NCBI GenBank assembly: GCA_038087875.1
Contig: CM076001.1
Coordinates: 746,001 to 810,000 of the forward strand
Direction: 5' to 3'
Length of the DNA stretch: 64,000 nt
Source of the DNA: Malacoraja senta
Lineage: Eukaryota
Of this stretch, positions 23,928 to 35,896 are shown piece by piece (within the stretch, counting starts at the first letter, position 1; the number at the start of each line of letters is the position of its first letter). Made by a program: the position numbers and the translations under genes. The notes beneath the pieces were generated by a model that worked only from the letters and a program-made list of their open reading frames with translations, searched no databases and was not told the origin of the DNA.

Positions 23928-24330
23928 TGCAAAAGGTATATTTCGGCTTGAGACCAGCTTGAAAACCAACATTTCAGCTTGAGACCTTTCATCAAGCCTG
24001 AAAGGGAATTGGAAATATTATCAGTATATAACAGTGTGAGAAGCAGTGGATGGGGAGGAAGCGAGAGAGATTGGAGAGAGATTTATGATACCAGATGTGG
24101 AGGGGATATGGGCAAATGGAACCAGGTGGAAGGGGATGGAAAAGATGAACAATGGGAAAAGGAAAACAAGGTGGACTGGTGTGAGTGTGTGGGAGAAGAA
24201 CTCCAGGCAGGGAGGTGTTTCCTGAAATGGGAACGTTCAATATTTATACCATTGGATTTTAAGTTATCCAAGCAAAATATAAGATGTTGGTCATCCAATT
24301 TGTGTTTAGCCTCCATGACATTTCAACTGG
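23928..24330 (-). mobile_element. Penelope-like element 3' fragment
   Basis: EAKHKLDDQHLIFCLDNLKSNGINIE resembles the PLE GIY-YIG C-terminus. It is followed by a pyrimidine-rich UTR and a degenerate hammerhead-like ttgatgaaaggtctcaagctgaaatgtt. Confidence 0.75.
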
Positions 24331-24379
24331 CACTCACAGTTTGTAATGTGGGGGGACTGGGCATTGGAGAAGAGTTAAA

Positions 24380-25115
24380 TTCATAGAATTGCAGAATTGT
24401 AACAGTACAGAAACAGGCCCTTTCAGCCCAACTTATCCATTCCAACTGTGGTGTCAATGAACAATAATCACATTTGTCTGCATTAGGTCCATATCCTTCT
24501 AAGGCAGTAGTGGTGACATCCCTTTTAAACATAATGTGTCTGCCTCCACCACCTCCTCTGGTGGCTTTTTATATATATTCATTAAATATAAAATACACCA
24601 CACAGCGACAGGCTCTTCAACACATAATGTCTGGCTGAACAAGTTCAACTAATCTCCTGTGCCTGCATGCGATCCATATCCCTCCATTACTTGCACATCC
24701 ATTTGACTATCTGAAGGCCTCTTAAATTCCACCATCATATCTGCTTCCACCATCCTCCCTGGAATTGTGTCCCAGGCACTCGCCAGTCTTGCCCTCCGCA
24801 TGTCATTTAAACGTTGCCCCTCTCACCCTAAAACTATATCCTCTAGATGTTAAAATTTCCACCCTGGGAAAAATGTTCTGAGTGTATACCTTTATATGCC
24901 TCTCATAATTTCATATACTTATATCATGTCACCCCCAACCTCCAATGCTCCAAGTTTGTCCAGACTCTCCTTATAGCTAATATGCTCTAATTTAGGCAGC
25001 ATTCTGGTAAACTTCTTCTGCACCCTCTCCAAAGCCTCCACATAATGGGGCGACCAGAACTGTACGCAATACTCCAAATGCGGCCTAACCAAAGTTATAT
25101 GAAGCAGCAACATTT
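24380..25115 (-). mobile_element. Two adjacent CR1 3' fragments
   Basis: LVRPHLEYCVQFWSPHY..LERVQKKFTRMLP and CR1 3' UTR remnants. Confidence 0.75.
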
Positions 25116-26280
25116 GCTGTCCACTGTGTGAAAAAACTTACCTCTTGCATATAAAGGGGTAATTTTAGTTGAACTGATTTTTAGTAAGACTAGAAAGCAA
25201 CACATGAACATTTATAAGGAATAGTTTAATAATTCCAACCAACTATCTTTTTCTGCTTGATCTGTTGTATGAAAGACATTTCAAAGCAAACTCTTCTGTG
25301 GATCAAGTACAGTCTGTTCTGTCGTAGATTCCAACCCACCTACATAATCTCCTGAGCTCAAATTCTAGAAGTTACTTTTAGCTACCAACGATAAATCAGG
25401 CCAAATTTCAGAATGACTATAATGTTGCCTTGGAGTCCTTGATGAGAATATAATTGGATTACTTAGCTGTGAAAGCAGAGAATTTTTTGGAGTGATGATT
25501 TTCACGAGTTAAAAAGTGTGGCAAGCAGGAGATGGGAGAATTGAACAGCAGAAGGAAGCAAAGGTAAAGTTAACAGTTCTACTCTATATAATGTCAACTA
25601 ATTCAAAGTCCAAACCTGCTCTGTGTACAAAGGGCAGAAGGATCTACGGAGACAGGAGGAGAAGCTGAAAAATCATGGCCCAGAAGCAACGGATGAAGCA
25701 AAATATCTTATTGTGCTCATTTTGCATCAAGAAATTTTTAAATAGCCTTAATAATTTGTACAGTCAAAAATACTTAGTCGGATATATTTTACAAGATACC
25801 TGAAGTCTTACTCATAATTACAATCATATGATAGTGCTGATATTTGGCAGATACATTGTTTGGATTTAGTAATCTTGCTGGCTGATTGGAAAGGTGAGAT
25901 ATCTCAGTCGCAGTTATAAATAGGTCCTTTGCATGTTGGTGCATAAATAGTGCAACACTAACTTAATTAACACTTCAAGATATTACTGCAAAAAAAATCT
26001 CAGCTCATAGACAGAACTGAAAACCGAATACTATTAATGGATGATCTTTTAAAATAAAACATATTTTTGACAAATTGGATGATCGGTTTTCAATTTCTGC
26101 ACTGCACTCCATCGTATCCAACGGATAGGATGATTAAAAAAAAGTTCTTCTTTTTATCAAACCTGAAATACCTCGATCAACTCCTTTGAATGAGAAAGAG
26201 AACTCCTGAAAATTAGTTGCTCCCTACTTTAACATCATAAAATATAGTGAGTTCAATAAAAACCCGTTCAAGCTGGATAT

Positions 26281-26294
26281 GTTGCTATGGAAAC
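26281..26294 (+). promoter_or_regulatory. RFX X-box motif GTTGCTATGGAAAC
   Basis: Matches the GTHNYYATRRNAAC X-box consensus in non-repetitive sequence. Function not shown. Confidence 0.4.
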
Positions 26295-27189
26295 AATATT
26301 CATTTGCTTAACCTATTAGTTACTGATGATGTAGTGAAATGCTTTTTATTTCTCCATAAATGGGATAAACTCTTGAAATTGATGAAATAACATTTTTTTA
26401 ATGAACTTCTTCCTGTCATTGTATACATCAGTGAAACTTAATATGCATTCCTGCTGTAAATAGAAATATTTACATCTGCTATTAAAGGAAAAGCCTCTGG
26501 AAAGAAAGCATATTACACTGCTAAAAACAAACTCCAAAACACAGTGGAACAAATAATTTCTGCATTTACAAACAAATAAATATATTTGTATCGATGCCTC
26601 AAAGAGGTTCAGAGAAAGATCTTCCTCTATATCATTGATAAAGGTAAATTTTATTCGGCTTATTTTAAAATGCTTCTATTGGATTAGGTATTTAATATAG
26701 CATGAATTCATGCAAATAATTAGTTGTGATTTACAATTACAATTATTTAAATACTAACTGTCTACAGATGTATTCTTTCTGAATTAATTTGCCCCAAACA
26801 TAGTAGTGGATTGTAACCAGTGGCATTTTTCAACCCACTGCTTGATAAGGGACAGCACAATCTGTTGTGATGGATGTGACTTTCCAACACTTGGAAGTGG
26901 GTGGCACCAGTAATAGTTTACTGTTAAAAAAAAATCAAGTAGGATAACGTCACAATTCCAAGAGAGGTTGGCAGGTGTATGTCACGAGACACAATAAATG
27001 TCCTCTGTCCTTTGAGATAAAATACAGTCAGAATCAAATCTGGTCGACAATTCACTTAAAACACCTCCACACGCATTGTGATTTGTGATTTATTTTGTAG
27101 CATTGCCCCAGTAACGTTTTGGAGCTCAAATGAAGAACCGAGCATTTCTTTAACAGTCACTGAAGTGCCTAATATTTTAAAAGAAATCT

Positions 27190-27685
27190 ATTCTGGCCAC
27201 CCTGCTTTAGGAAGGATGTCATTAAACTGGAAAGGCTGCAAAAAAGATTTACAAAGATGTTACTGGGTCTGAGTTATAAGGATAGGCTGGGACTTTGTTC
27301 TTTTTTCTCTTAGGGCACAGAAGAAAAAGGGTGACCTTAAAGAGATTTATAAAATCATGAAAGGTGTAGATAAGACGAATAGCCATCATTATTTTCCCAC
27401 AGGGTCGGTGAGTATAAAACTAGGGAGCATAAATTTACAGTGAGAGTGGAAACATTTTTAAGTGACCTGAAAGATAACTTTTTTTATCCAAAGACTGATG
27501 TGGGTCATGTGGAATGAGCTGCAAGGAAGTGGTAGAGGTAGGTACAATTAAGACATTTAAAAGACACTAGGCCAAGCATATGGACAGGAGAGGTTTGGGA
27601 TATGTGCCAGATGCAGGCAAGTGGGACCAGTTTAGCCGGCATGGGTGAGTTGAGCTGAAGGGCCTGTATCTGTGCTCTATAGCTC
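27190..27685 (+). mobile_element. Degenerate CR1 3' fragment
   Basis: WPPCFRKDV-like start, ggtgaccttaaagagatttataaaatcatg and a CR1 3' UTR. Confidence 0.7.
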
Positions 27686-28098
27686 CAGGACTCTGTTCAA
27701 TCATTACAGGGCCATTGCTTTCTCCTTTGCACTGACATATGTTCAATTTCACCAGCAATGGATATGCAGCAGACTGGATTAAGAATATAACCTTGGTCCA
27801 AAAAACTGTGAATTTATTGGTAAATACAGGTCACGTGGAGAGTTTAACAGTTGAAACTGGAACTTGTGCCAATGTGTTAAACTTCTGACCCAGTGAAACT
27901 GGGACATATATTTCTTGGGAGGGTCATTGTAGTGGGTTTAAAGTTTCAGCAGATACCACAGGGCAGAAGGTTTGAAATTTCCCTGTAAGGAGGCCAACTT
28001 CTTCAAGTCGATTTATTCCTTAGGCACAATTACTAACTTAACTGGAAAAGACTGGGTAATGCTGTTTTTTCCTCATTTTGACGCCCAGTGACTGCCCA

Positions 28099-28112
28099 GT
28101 TGCTATAGAAAC
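28099..28112 (+). promoter_or_regulatory. RFX X-box motif GTTGCTATAGAAAC
   Basis: Second consensus X-box, with a further half-site GTTGCTAGG at 28202-28210. Confidence 0.4.
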
Positions 28113-28984
28113 TGTGGAAGCAAGACAATATGTTAGACACATGAAACGTCTTGTCGTTGTGTAGTTTATCATTTTTATCATTTTTACATTTTTATCCTAA
28201 CGTTGCTAGGATTAGAAACATAGGCAGTTGCGATGCTAGGATTAGCCTTTTCTAGAAACTGCACTGGGTAGAAAGGAAAACTGTGATATATCAACGTATT
28301 TAATTCCAAAACATTTAAAATGACTAATATAATAATTGTACATTAGTTCAAATTAAGACAATAATGAGCAAATACATTTAACAAGGAAATTATATGCTCA
28401 CAGCACCTTACTGAATAAAGATATGATTTAAGATAGATTGGAGAGGTTTGGAGAGATATGGGCCAAAGTCTGGAATTAGCATGGGTTGGGCATCTTGGTC
28501 GACAGGGACAAGTTGGGCTGGGGGGCCTGTTTCTGTGCTATACAACTCTGCAGCTCTATGTTCTTGTACAAACTGTCTATTTGAACAACACCTAATGCCT
28601 AATTGAATCAAACATTCCACAAAGATCACAGGATAGAGTAATTTGTATTCTTATTCATCCTTATCATCAAGTCATTTCAGCAACTTCTCTTTGGGGGAAT
28701 TAAGATTTTATGTCTTCTGGCTTTATCAACCAAAGGGCCTTCTTGCCTCTAATCAAGAAGGCTGGAGGATTAAGAGTTACTCCAGAGATTTCAGTTAGAT
28801 TATAAACCAAAATATTTAAGCAACTCTTGAAATTTTCACTTTGATCCTTCAGTGAAGGGCTAAAGGACTATTATTCCACCTGTGGCCTTTCGCATTAACA
28901 AGAGATCGCCATTTTATTATATGTTCCTATTTCAAAGAAGAACACGTGAGCTGGTGTACAAGAGAGTCATTAGTTAAGTATTAT

Positions 28985-29715
28985 GTTTCAAGGTCAAGGT
29001 TTCAAGGTCAGTCTATGGTCACATGTACCAATTAAGGTACAGTGAATTTCGAATTACCATACAGCCATACTAAAAAAAAGCAACAACCAAAAGTTAACAT
29101 AAACATCCACCACAGCGGATTCCCCACGTTCCTCACTGTGATGGAAGGCAATAAAGTCCAATCTATTTCCTCTTTATTCTCCCGCGGTCGGGGCAGTTGA
29201 ACCATCCGCAGTCGGGGCGATCGAAGCTCCCACAGCCGGCGATTGAAGCTCCCGTGTCGGGGCGATTGAAGCTCCTGTGCCGGGCGTTTGAAGCTCCTGC
29301 GTAGGGGCGGTCGAAGCACCTGTGGCTTGATTTCCAAAGTTGGTCTCTGATCAGAGACCGCGACTTCCACGATGTTAATGTCCGCAGGCTCCCGCGGCAG
29401 AGCTCAGAGGTCGATCCTTGGCAAAGGGATTGCGGGCTCCGTGATTTGAAGTCCGCAGGCACCCGCGGTGGAGCTCTCGAAGTCGGTCTCCAGCAAAGGC
29501 TGCCAATTCTTTGATGATAGGCCGCAGTGCGGACGGAGATACGATACAGAAAAAAATCACATCTCCATCGAGGTAAGAGATTAGAAAAAGTTTCCCCCAC
29601 CCCCACATAAAACAAGCTAAAGAACACTCAAAACATACATTTAACACATACAAACAAACAACAAAAGAAGGAAAGAAGGGACAGACAGACTGTTGGCGAG
29701 GCAGCCACCCGGTGG
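28985..29715 (-). mobile_element. Non-coding, GC-rich, LINE-tailed non-autonomous retroelement
   Basis: Tail (ccttga)n and a 3' end shared with 12982-13785 (tatggctgtatggt..cactgt..acatgtgac). Internal ~21-bp tandem repeats (gaagctcc..ggggcgat) at 29210-29320. Confidence 0.6.
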
Positions 29716-30091
29716 ATTATATTACCGGTGTGTTATATTAACGTATTACAAAGACAAATGGTATGACTGCATTTATAATATGCGGATTGCAGAACAAATG
29801 AAAGGGCAGGTTGCTGTGATTGTACCTTTGGCATATTGTATGCTGGGATTTTACTTCGGAGTCACGTGAGTGACTATGTGAAGAACCCCGCCAGTGCGCC
29901 TGCGCGTCATTACGTCAGACACCTTGACGCAAACGGACGTGAGGAGCAGAGCTGAAAAACTACAAACCACTGGAGGAGCAGAGCTCCTACAGTGGTTTGT
30001 AGTTTTTCAACTACAAGGTAAGTAGAAACTTTTTTTCATGTTTTCCAGGTCCGTTTACTGTGGGTCTATGGGGATTTTTTCCACAGACGCC

Positions 30092-31340
30092 ATGGGAAAA
30101 AACGGACAGGGGGAAGAGGCGAGCGACACAGCCGACAGAAGTCGGGAAAGTCGGGAGTCTGCGGTTAGAGACCAACCGCCTCTAAACCCCAGTACAGTCG
30201 CCAGCGGTGAGCATAGCGACTGTGGACCTGGGGCTGGTGAAAACACAGTCAGCGCCTGTCGGGCAAAAGACGAAGTTTAAATCCCAACGGCCCACGGAGG
30301 GAGTCCCAGGTAATGGAAGTAGCTCCAGGGCTAGATACTGCTTTTGAGCGTATTGCCCAAATAGAAAGCCTTTTACATAGGCTGTTGGAGCAAAGTTCAC
30401 TCAGGGAGGAGTGTACTGAAAGCCAAGCTGCTGGAAACAGCTCAAACAGCTCCTGGTACAGGGCTAGATACTGTTTTCGAGCGTATTGCCCAAATAGAAA
30501 GCCTTTTTCATAGGCTGTTGGAGCAAAGTTCACTCAGGAAGGAGTGTACTGTAATCCAAGCTGCAGGAGCAGCTTAACAGCACCTGGCTCAGGGCTGATG
30601 GAATGCACCCTCAGGAATGAGGAGCGTGCTACGGGTCATGAGATTTCAGACCCCAACTCTGACGGTGAGGCTGTACAAGGCGATGAACGGCAGCTGCCAG
30701 ATGTTCCACCCCTGGCAGTAGGATTCGTTGCCCCGTCAGGGTCAGGAGAGCCATTAGGAGAAGAACTGGCCTCCTTAATAAATTACTTGGTTTACCATTA
30801 GCTGGAACAGCAGGAGATGGATGAGACTGCAAGAAAGCAAGACCCCAAGTAACTGTGGGTTGCTGAAAGCAGCAGCAGTGAACCAAATTATCTGGAATCA
30901 GTTGCAGAGAATATTAAAGCTGCTGGGTTCTGGAATAACTGCTTTTACCAGAATAGCAGGTAACAGCCAAAAGATGACGAAGTTGCATCAGCAAGCACTG
31001 GGGTTGCTATGCAGCACCCACTTCGAGATCAATTATCTGAGGAAAGTGCTATACGGCCTACTATGAACCCGAAATTCGCAGCACTCTGCAAACCAAGTAA
31101 TATACAATTACCCAACTTACTCTTTGGAGAGGATCTCGGGAGACGTATTAAAGAGTTGGAAGATGAAGCGAAAACAGGATTGATAAAAACATCAACGGTT
31201 GCAAAGTCTGTAAAGAGGAAGTATCCTTTCAGACGTCATACGGATCCTAGACCAGGACCAAGTCGCTCATCAACGCAGGGACGTAGCTGGCGGCCTGCAG
31301 CGGGAGTAAGGACCAGTGGTGGTGCTTCCGGGAGAATCCA
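30092..31340 (+). pseudogene. DIRS gag-like ORF, disrupted
   Basis: Fragments MGKNGQG.., TPSNCGLLKAAAVNQIIW, IRPTMNPKFAALC and LLFGEDLGRRIKEL lie between the left ITR and RT. Confidence 0.75.
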
Positions 31341-31369
31341 GGGATCTCAGAATACTCAAATGACTCAAG

Positions 31370-33150
31370 AGGTAGATGGACCTGGTTCTCAGGGGAACAT
31401 ACTAACTGGATTAAGTCCAAAAGTTGGAGGCAGATTACGTCCCTTCTATAAACATTGGAAGAAGATTGCTTCAGATGTGGTAATTCTGAATAATATACAA
31501 GGATTTCTAATTGAATTCAATCCAAATTATGATTTGCCTGTCCAGCATGTTCCTAGCAGAACTCTCCAGTTTGCGAAGTAATGGAGGTTCAAGTTGCGCT
31601 TCAAAACCCTATATATAAAAGGTGTTATTAAAGAATCAGTCTACCAAATTCACCAATTTGGGTCAAATATATTCCCTCGGTCAAAAAAGGATGGAGGATG
31701 TAGGATTATTATAGACTTGACAAGTCTGAATCCTTTTGTTCAGTGTCTGTTCACTTGCAAGATATGAAGTATTTTAAATTTACATGGATGAACCAATTAG
31801 GGCAGTTCAAAGCTCTGCCTAAAGGGTTAACGTTCCCTCCCAGAATATTCATAAAATTGTTAAAATCAATTCTGGGGTTGCTGAGAGCCAGGGGCATGTA
31901 CTAATGGCATACCTGGATGATGTCCTGATTATAGGAAGGACAAAACAGTCAACAGAAGCATCGGTTGCAGTAATAAAATCAAACTTTTGAAAGTTTGGGG
32001 GTTTCTAAATTCATCCAAAGAAATCAAGGTTAAAAACATGTACCTTGATTAATTATTTGGGGTTCACAATTGATTTAGCCCAAATGCAAATTACTTTGCC
32101 CAGTGAAAAAAGGGTGGAGTTGATTAAAAATTGCAGTAATCTGTTAAACGAGCAAAAACCTCTAATCAGACAGGTGGCTCGAGTACTGGGAAAATTAGTA
32201 GATTCCCAGCAGTCCAGTATGGACCATTACATTATCAACAGCTGCAGAGAATTAAAGAACAGGCACTGAGAGTAAATGCTGGTCATTTTGATAGAACCAT
32301 GCAAGTAACAACAAATGCTGTTTCTACATGTCTCAAGCAGCTCAGGCAAAGTGCTGATTGAACAACCTTCCATGATATTACAAACTGATGCCAGTGCACT
32401 AGGATGGGGTGCAACTGACTTAACATGGAGCTGCGGAGGCAGATGGAATCAGGAAAAGTTAGTGTTACTGCAGACATGGGGAATTACCTATTTGTAGCTT
32501 TTAGGAGGTTTCTATGGACTCCAAGCTTATGGTTCTAACACAACTAAAAGGAAGGTTCAAGTTCAAATTAATAAACACAACAGTAGTTGCCTTTATTAAT
32601 GATATGGGTGGAATTAAGTTGGTGTCATGTGACAAAATGGTTAAATCAACTTGGGTCTTGGTGTATTGAAAAGAACATTTGGATTTCAGCTATCTATCTA
32701 CCAGGTAGAATGAACATGATAGCAGACACCAGGTCACGAAAAGTTCCATGATAATAAAGAATGGATGTTGAATCAAGAGGTATTCAATGATATAGTAATC
32801 AGATTTGGAATGACCGACATCGACTTGAATCATCAGCTATCGATATATGTCTCATGGAAACCAGATCCAGGAGCACTGGCGATTGATGCTTTCTTGCTAC
32901 ATTGGGGTGGTATGTTTTCATATATATTTCCACCTTTCTGCCTCATAAGCCAATGTTTGCTTAAAATCAGGCAAGATGCTGCTTCAAGGGTATTGGTAGT
33001 AGCAGATTGGCCTACACAGCCATGGTATCTGTTGATATTAGAATTAACAACACAAATGTTGATGAAAGTCCCAAAAAGGAGTAATTTATTGCTGCACCCT
33101 TTAACAGGGTAACAACATCCATTATATCATCGTTTGGATTTGTTGATTTG
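31370..33150 (+). pseudogene. DIRS RT-RNase H-methyltransferase-like ORF, disrupted
   Basis: VGGRLRPFYKHW, KKDGGCRIIIDL, AYLDD, YLGFTID, QTDASALGWGA, DAFLLHW..FPPF. Confidence 0.88.
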
Positions 33151-33213
33151 CAGGTTTTAAGAATTCCTTTTCTGGGACGAGGACTGTCTGAGCGTACTGT
33201 GGACATGCTTACG

Positions 33214-34740
33214 GCTCTTCCTGTATATGTCCAGCAGGAAAGGGAGTGGAGCACCAATAATCCTGCTGGCGGTCTTCACAATCCTGTCTAGTTGGTGCCG
33301 TTCGTACGCCTTGCAGCTCCCGAACCAGGAAGTGATGCCGTAGGTTAATGTGCTCTCGATTGTCCCCCTATAAAAAGTTTGTAGATGTGTAGTGGGGAGA
33401 CCTGCTTTACGTAGTCTTCGGAGAGGGTGTAGTCGCTGCTGGGCTCTCTTGACCAGTGCTGTGTTGATCGTGGACGTCAGGTCATCTGACAGGTGGAGTC
33501 CTAGGAACTTCACGCTGTTGACCCTTTCCACATCAGCTCCATCGATGTGCAGAGGTGTATGGTGTTGTTTTCCCGCCCTCCTGAAGTCAACCACCATCTC
33601 CTTAGTTTTTCCCACGTTGAGAATGAGGTTGTGGGATTTGCACCATCCTGTGAGCAGCTCCACCTCCATCCTGTATGCCGACTCATCATTGGCACTGATG
33701 AGACCCACCACTGTTGTGTCATCAGCGAACTTGTTGATGAAGTTGTTGTTGAGTCTAGCAGTACAGTCGTGTGTTAGCAGACTAAACAGCAGGGGGCTTA
33801 GGACACAGCCTTGGGGCAAGCCAGTGCTCAGGGCTATGGTTTTTGATGTCCTACTGCCCACCCTGACTGTCTGCTGCCGTTGCGATAGAAAGTTCAGGAC
33901 CCAGTTACATGTGCCAGCATCAACCCCCAATAGCTCCAACTTCTCCACCAACTGCTGCGGAATGATTGTATTAAAAGCAGAGCTGAAGTCTATGAAGAGG
34001 ATCCTGGCATAAGTATTTTTCCGATCAAGGTGTGACAGTACGAGGTTCAGTGTTGTTGAGACTGCGTCCTCTGTGGATCGGTTGGCTCTGTAGGCGAACT
34101 GCAGTGGGTCTAGGTCGGCAGGTAGACTATTTTTGATATGCTGCATAACCAGTCGCTCAAAACACTTCATTACTATGGGTGTTAGAGCCACTGGTCGAAA
34201 GTCATTATGGCAGGCTGGGTTTGGTTTCTTCGGGACAGGGACGTTGGTGGCACTCTTAAGACAGTTGGGCACTACTGCCTGGCTGAGTGAGATGTTAAAA
34301 ATGTCTGTGAAGACATCTTTCAGTTGCTCGGCGCAGTCTCTTAAAACGCATCCAGGAATGTTGTCCGGCCCTGCAGCTTTGCGTGGGTTGATGCTGGCAA
34401 AGGCCTTTTTAACTCCGGCTGCGGACAGCCTGAGCGACTGGTCACTGGGAGATGGCAGTAGTGCACGTGTCTGGGTGGTGGTTCCAACCTCAAACCGTGC
34501 GTAGAACTCGTTCAGTTCATCTGGTAGAGAGGGGTCGTTTTGGCATATCCGCAGCGGGGGGGGCTTGTAGTCCGTGATGGTATGAAATCCCTGCCACAAG
34601 CGACGTGTGTCTTTGTCATTTGCGAAGTGGCTATTAAGTTTTTGTCCACACAGCCTCTTCGCTTCCCTGATCCCCCGGGATAGATTACTCCTTGCCAGTT
34701 TGTATGCTGCGTTGTCCCCAGATTTGAATGCAGCATTCCG
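33214..34740 (-). mobile_element. Rex1/Babar LINE internal fragment (RT), truncated at both ends
   Basis: About 508 uninterrupted codons from RNAAFKSGD to LLDIYRKS, including KAAGPD, RPVALT, QFAYR, QGCVLSPLLF and FADDTT. No 3' UTR or tail. Confidence 0.93.
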
Positions 34741-35614
34741 AATATTAAGAAATGGGAAGAGTTCTGTGTACAAAAGAATGTGCAATAAAGTACTGCAGAT
34801 ATTTCAAATGTTTAGAATTTCTGTCAAAACTTTATTATGATGAAGGTCTGAGTTGTAGTGCAATTAATTCAGCCAGAAGTGCATTGTCCTCATATTTGGT
34901 TCTGGATTCAGAAAGAAACTCAATTGGGTCACACCCAATTGTTTCCAGACTAATGAAAGGAATCTTTAACTCCAAACCACCGAAACCTAGGTACATGACA
35001 ATCTGGGATGTAAGTGTGGTACTGAAACTACTTCGTGAATGGTCATCAAGTGTGTCTTTACGTTTGGTCAAGCTCAGTATGAAAGTATTCATGCTTATGG
35101 CATGAGTGACAGCACAACGAGTGCAAACACTTGGAAAATTACAAATAGACAGTATGGAAGTAACTGAAGACAAGGTTACATTCTATATCTATGACCTACT
35201 AAAGTAAATTAGGTCAGGTGTGACAGGATTTAAAATTATGCTAGCAGCATATCCAAATGATCCATGTCTCTGTATTAAGACATATTTATTACAATACATT
35301 GAGGTCACAAAGAATTTGAGAATACTGAAACTGGGTTGTTGATCATACACAAGAAACCACACAAGAGAGTTTCAATACAGACTATTTCCAGATGGATAAA
35401 AGAAGTCTTAAAAGCTGCTGGTATTAACACTTATGTTTTTACGTCTCACTCGACTAGGGCAGCAGAAACGTCGGCGGCCAGGGCAAAAGACGTCCCCGTC
35501 GACCATATCCTCGCAGCCGCCGGGTGGTCCAATGAGTTGATGTTTCAACATTTTTACCATCGGCCTATTGTTAATGCGGGGTTGTTTGCAGAAACTATTT
35601 TAAGTTCTGTGTAA
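34741..35614 (+). pseudogene. DIRS tyrosine recombinase (part downstream of the Rex1 insertion; N-terminus at about 33150-33213)
   Basis: NIKKWEEFC, AINSARSALS, PKPRYMTIWDV, QTISRWIK, SHSTRAA, AAAGWS. Confidence 0.9.
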
Positions 35615-35783
35615 ATTCCTCTGGTTTAAAGGGGATCTGATTCATTTCATTATTGAAATGAATTACTGCATTTGTGGTACAAATGTTATTATGAATGCAT
35701 GATTGATTATTCTCATTCCGAGTCAATCTATGCAGTGAGAAGCCGGGATTGATCCACGGCATGTAATCACAAAGCTTTAAAAT

Positions 35784-35896
35784 CTTCACGTAGTCACTCA
35801 CGTGAATCCGAAGTAAAATAGTAAGATTAAACGAGAACTTACCTAAGTTTGAAGTTTGATCTTTATTTTATGAGGAGTTACGTAGGTGATTACGTG
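35784..35896 (+). repeat. Internal complementary region (ICR) of DIRS copy 3
   Basis: 35784-35819 is complementary to the left terminus (29848-29883) and 35817-35896 is complementary to the right terminus (36049-36128). Confidence 0.92.

Noticed and set aside
33392..34504. Plus-strand ORFs of 206 and 123 aa
   Set aside because: Antisense shadows of the Rex1 RT frame.
33157..34785. 542-aa ORF as an intact gene or DIRS-Rex1 fusion protein
   Set aside because: Both ends are antisense DIRS sequence that happens to be open. The core is a truncated Rex1 RT without its own start, endonuclease or 3' end.
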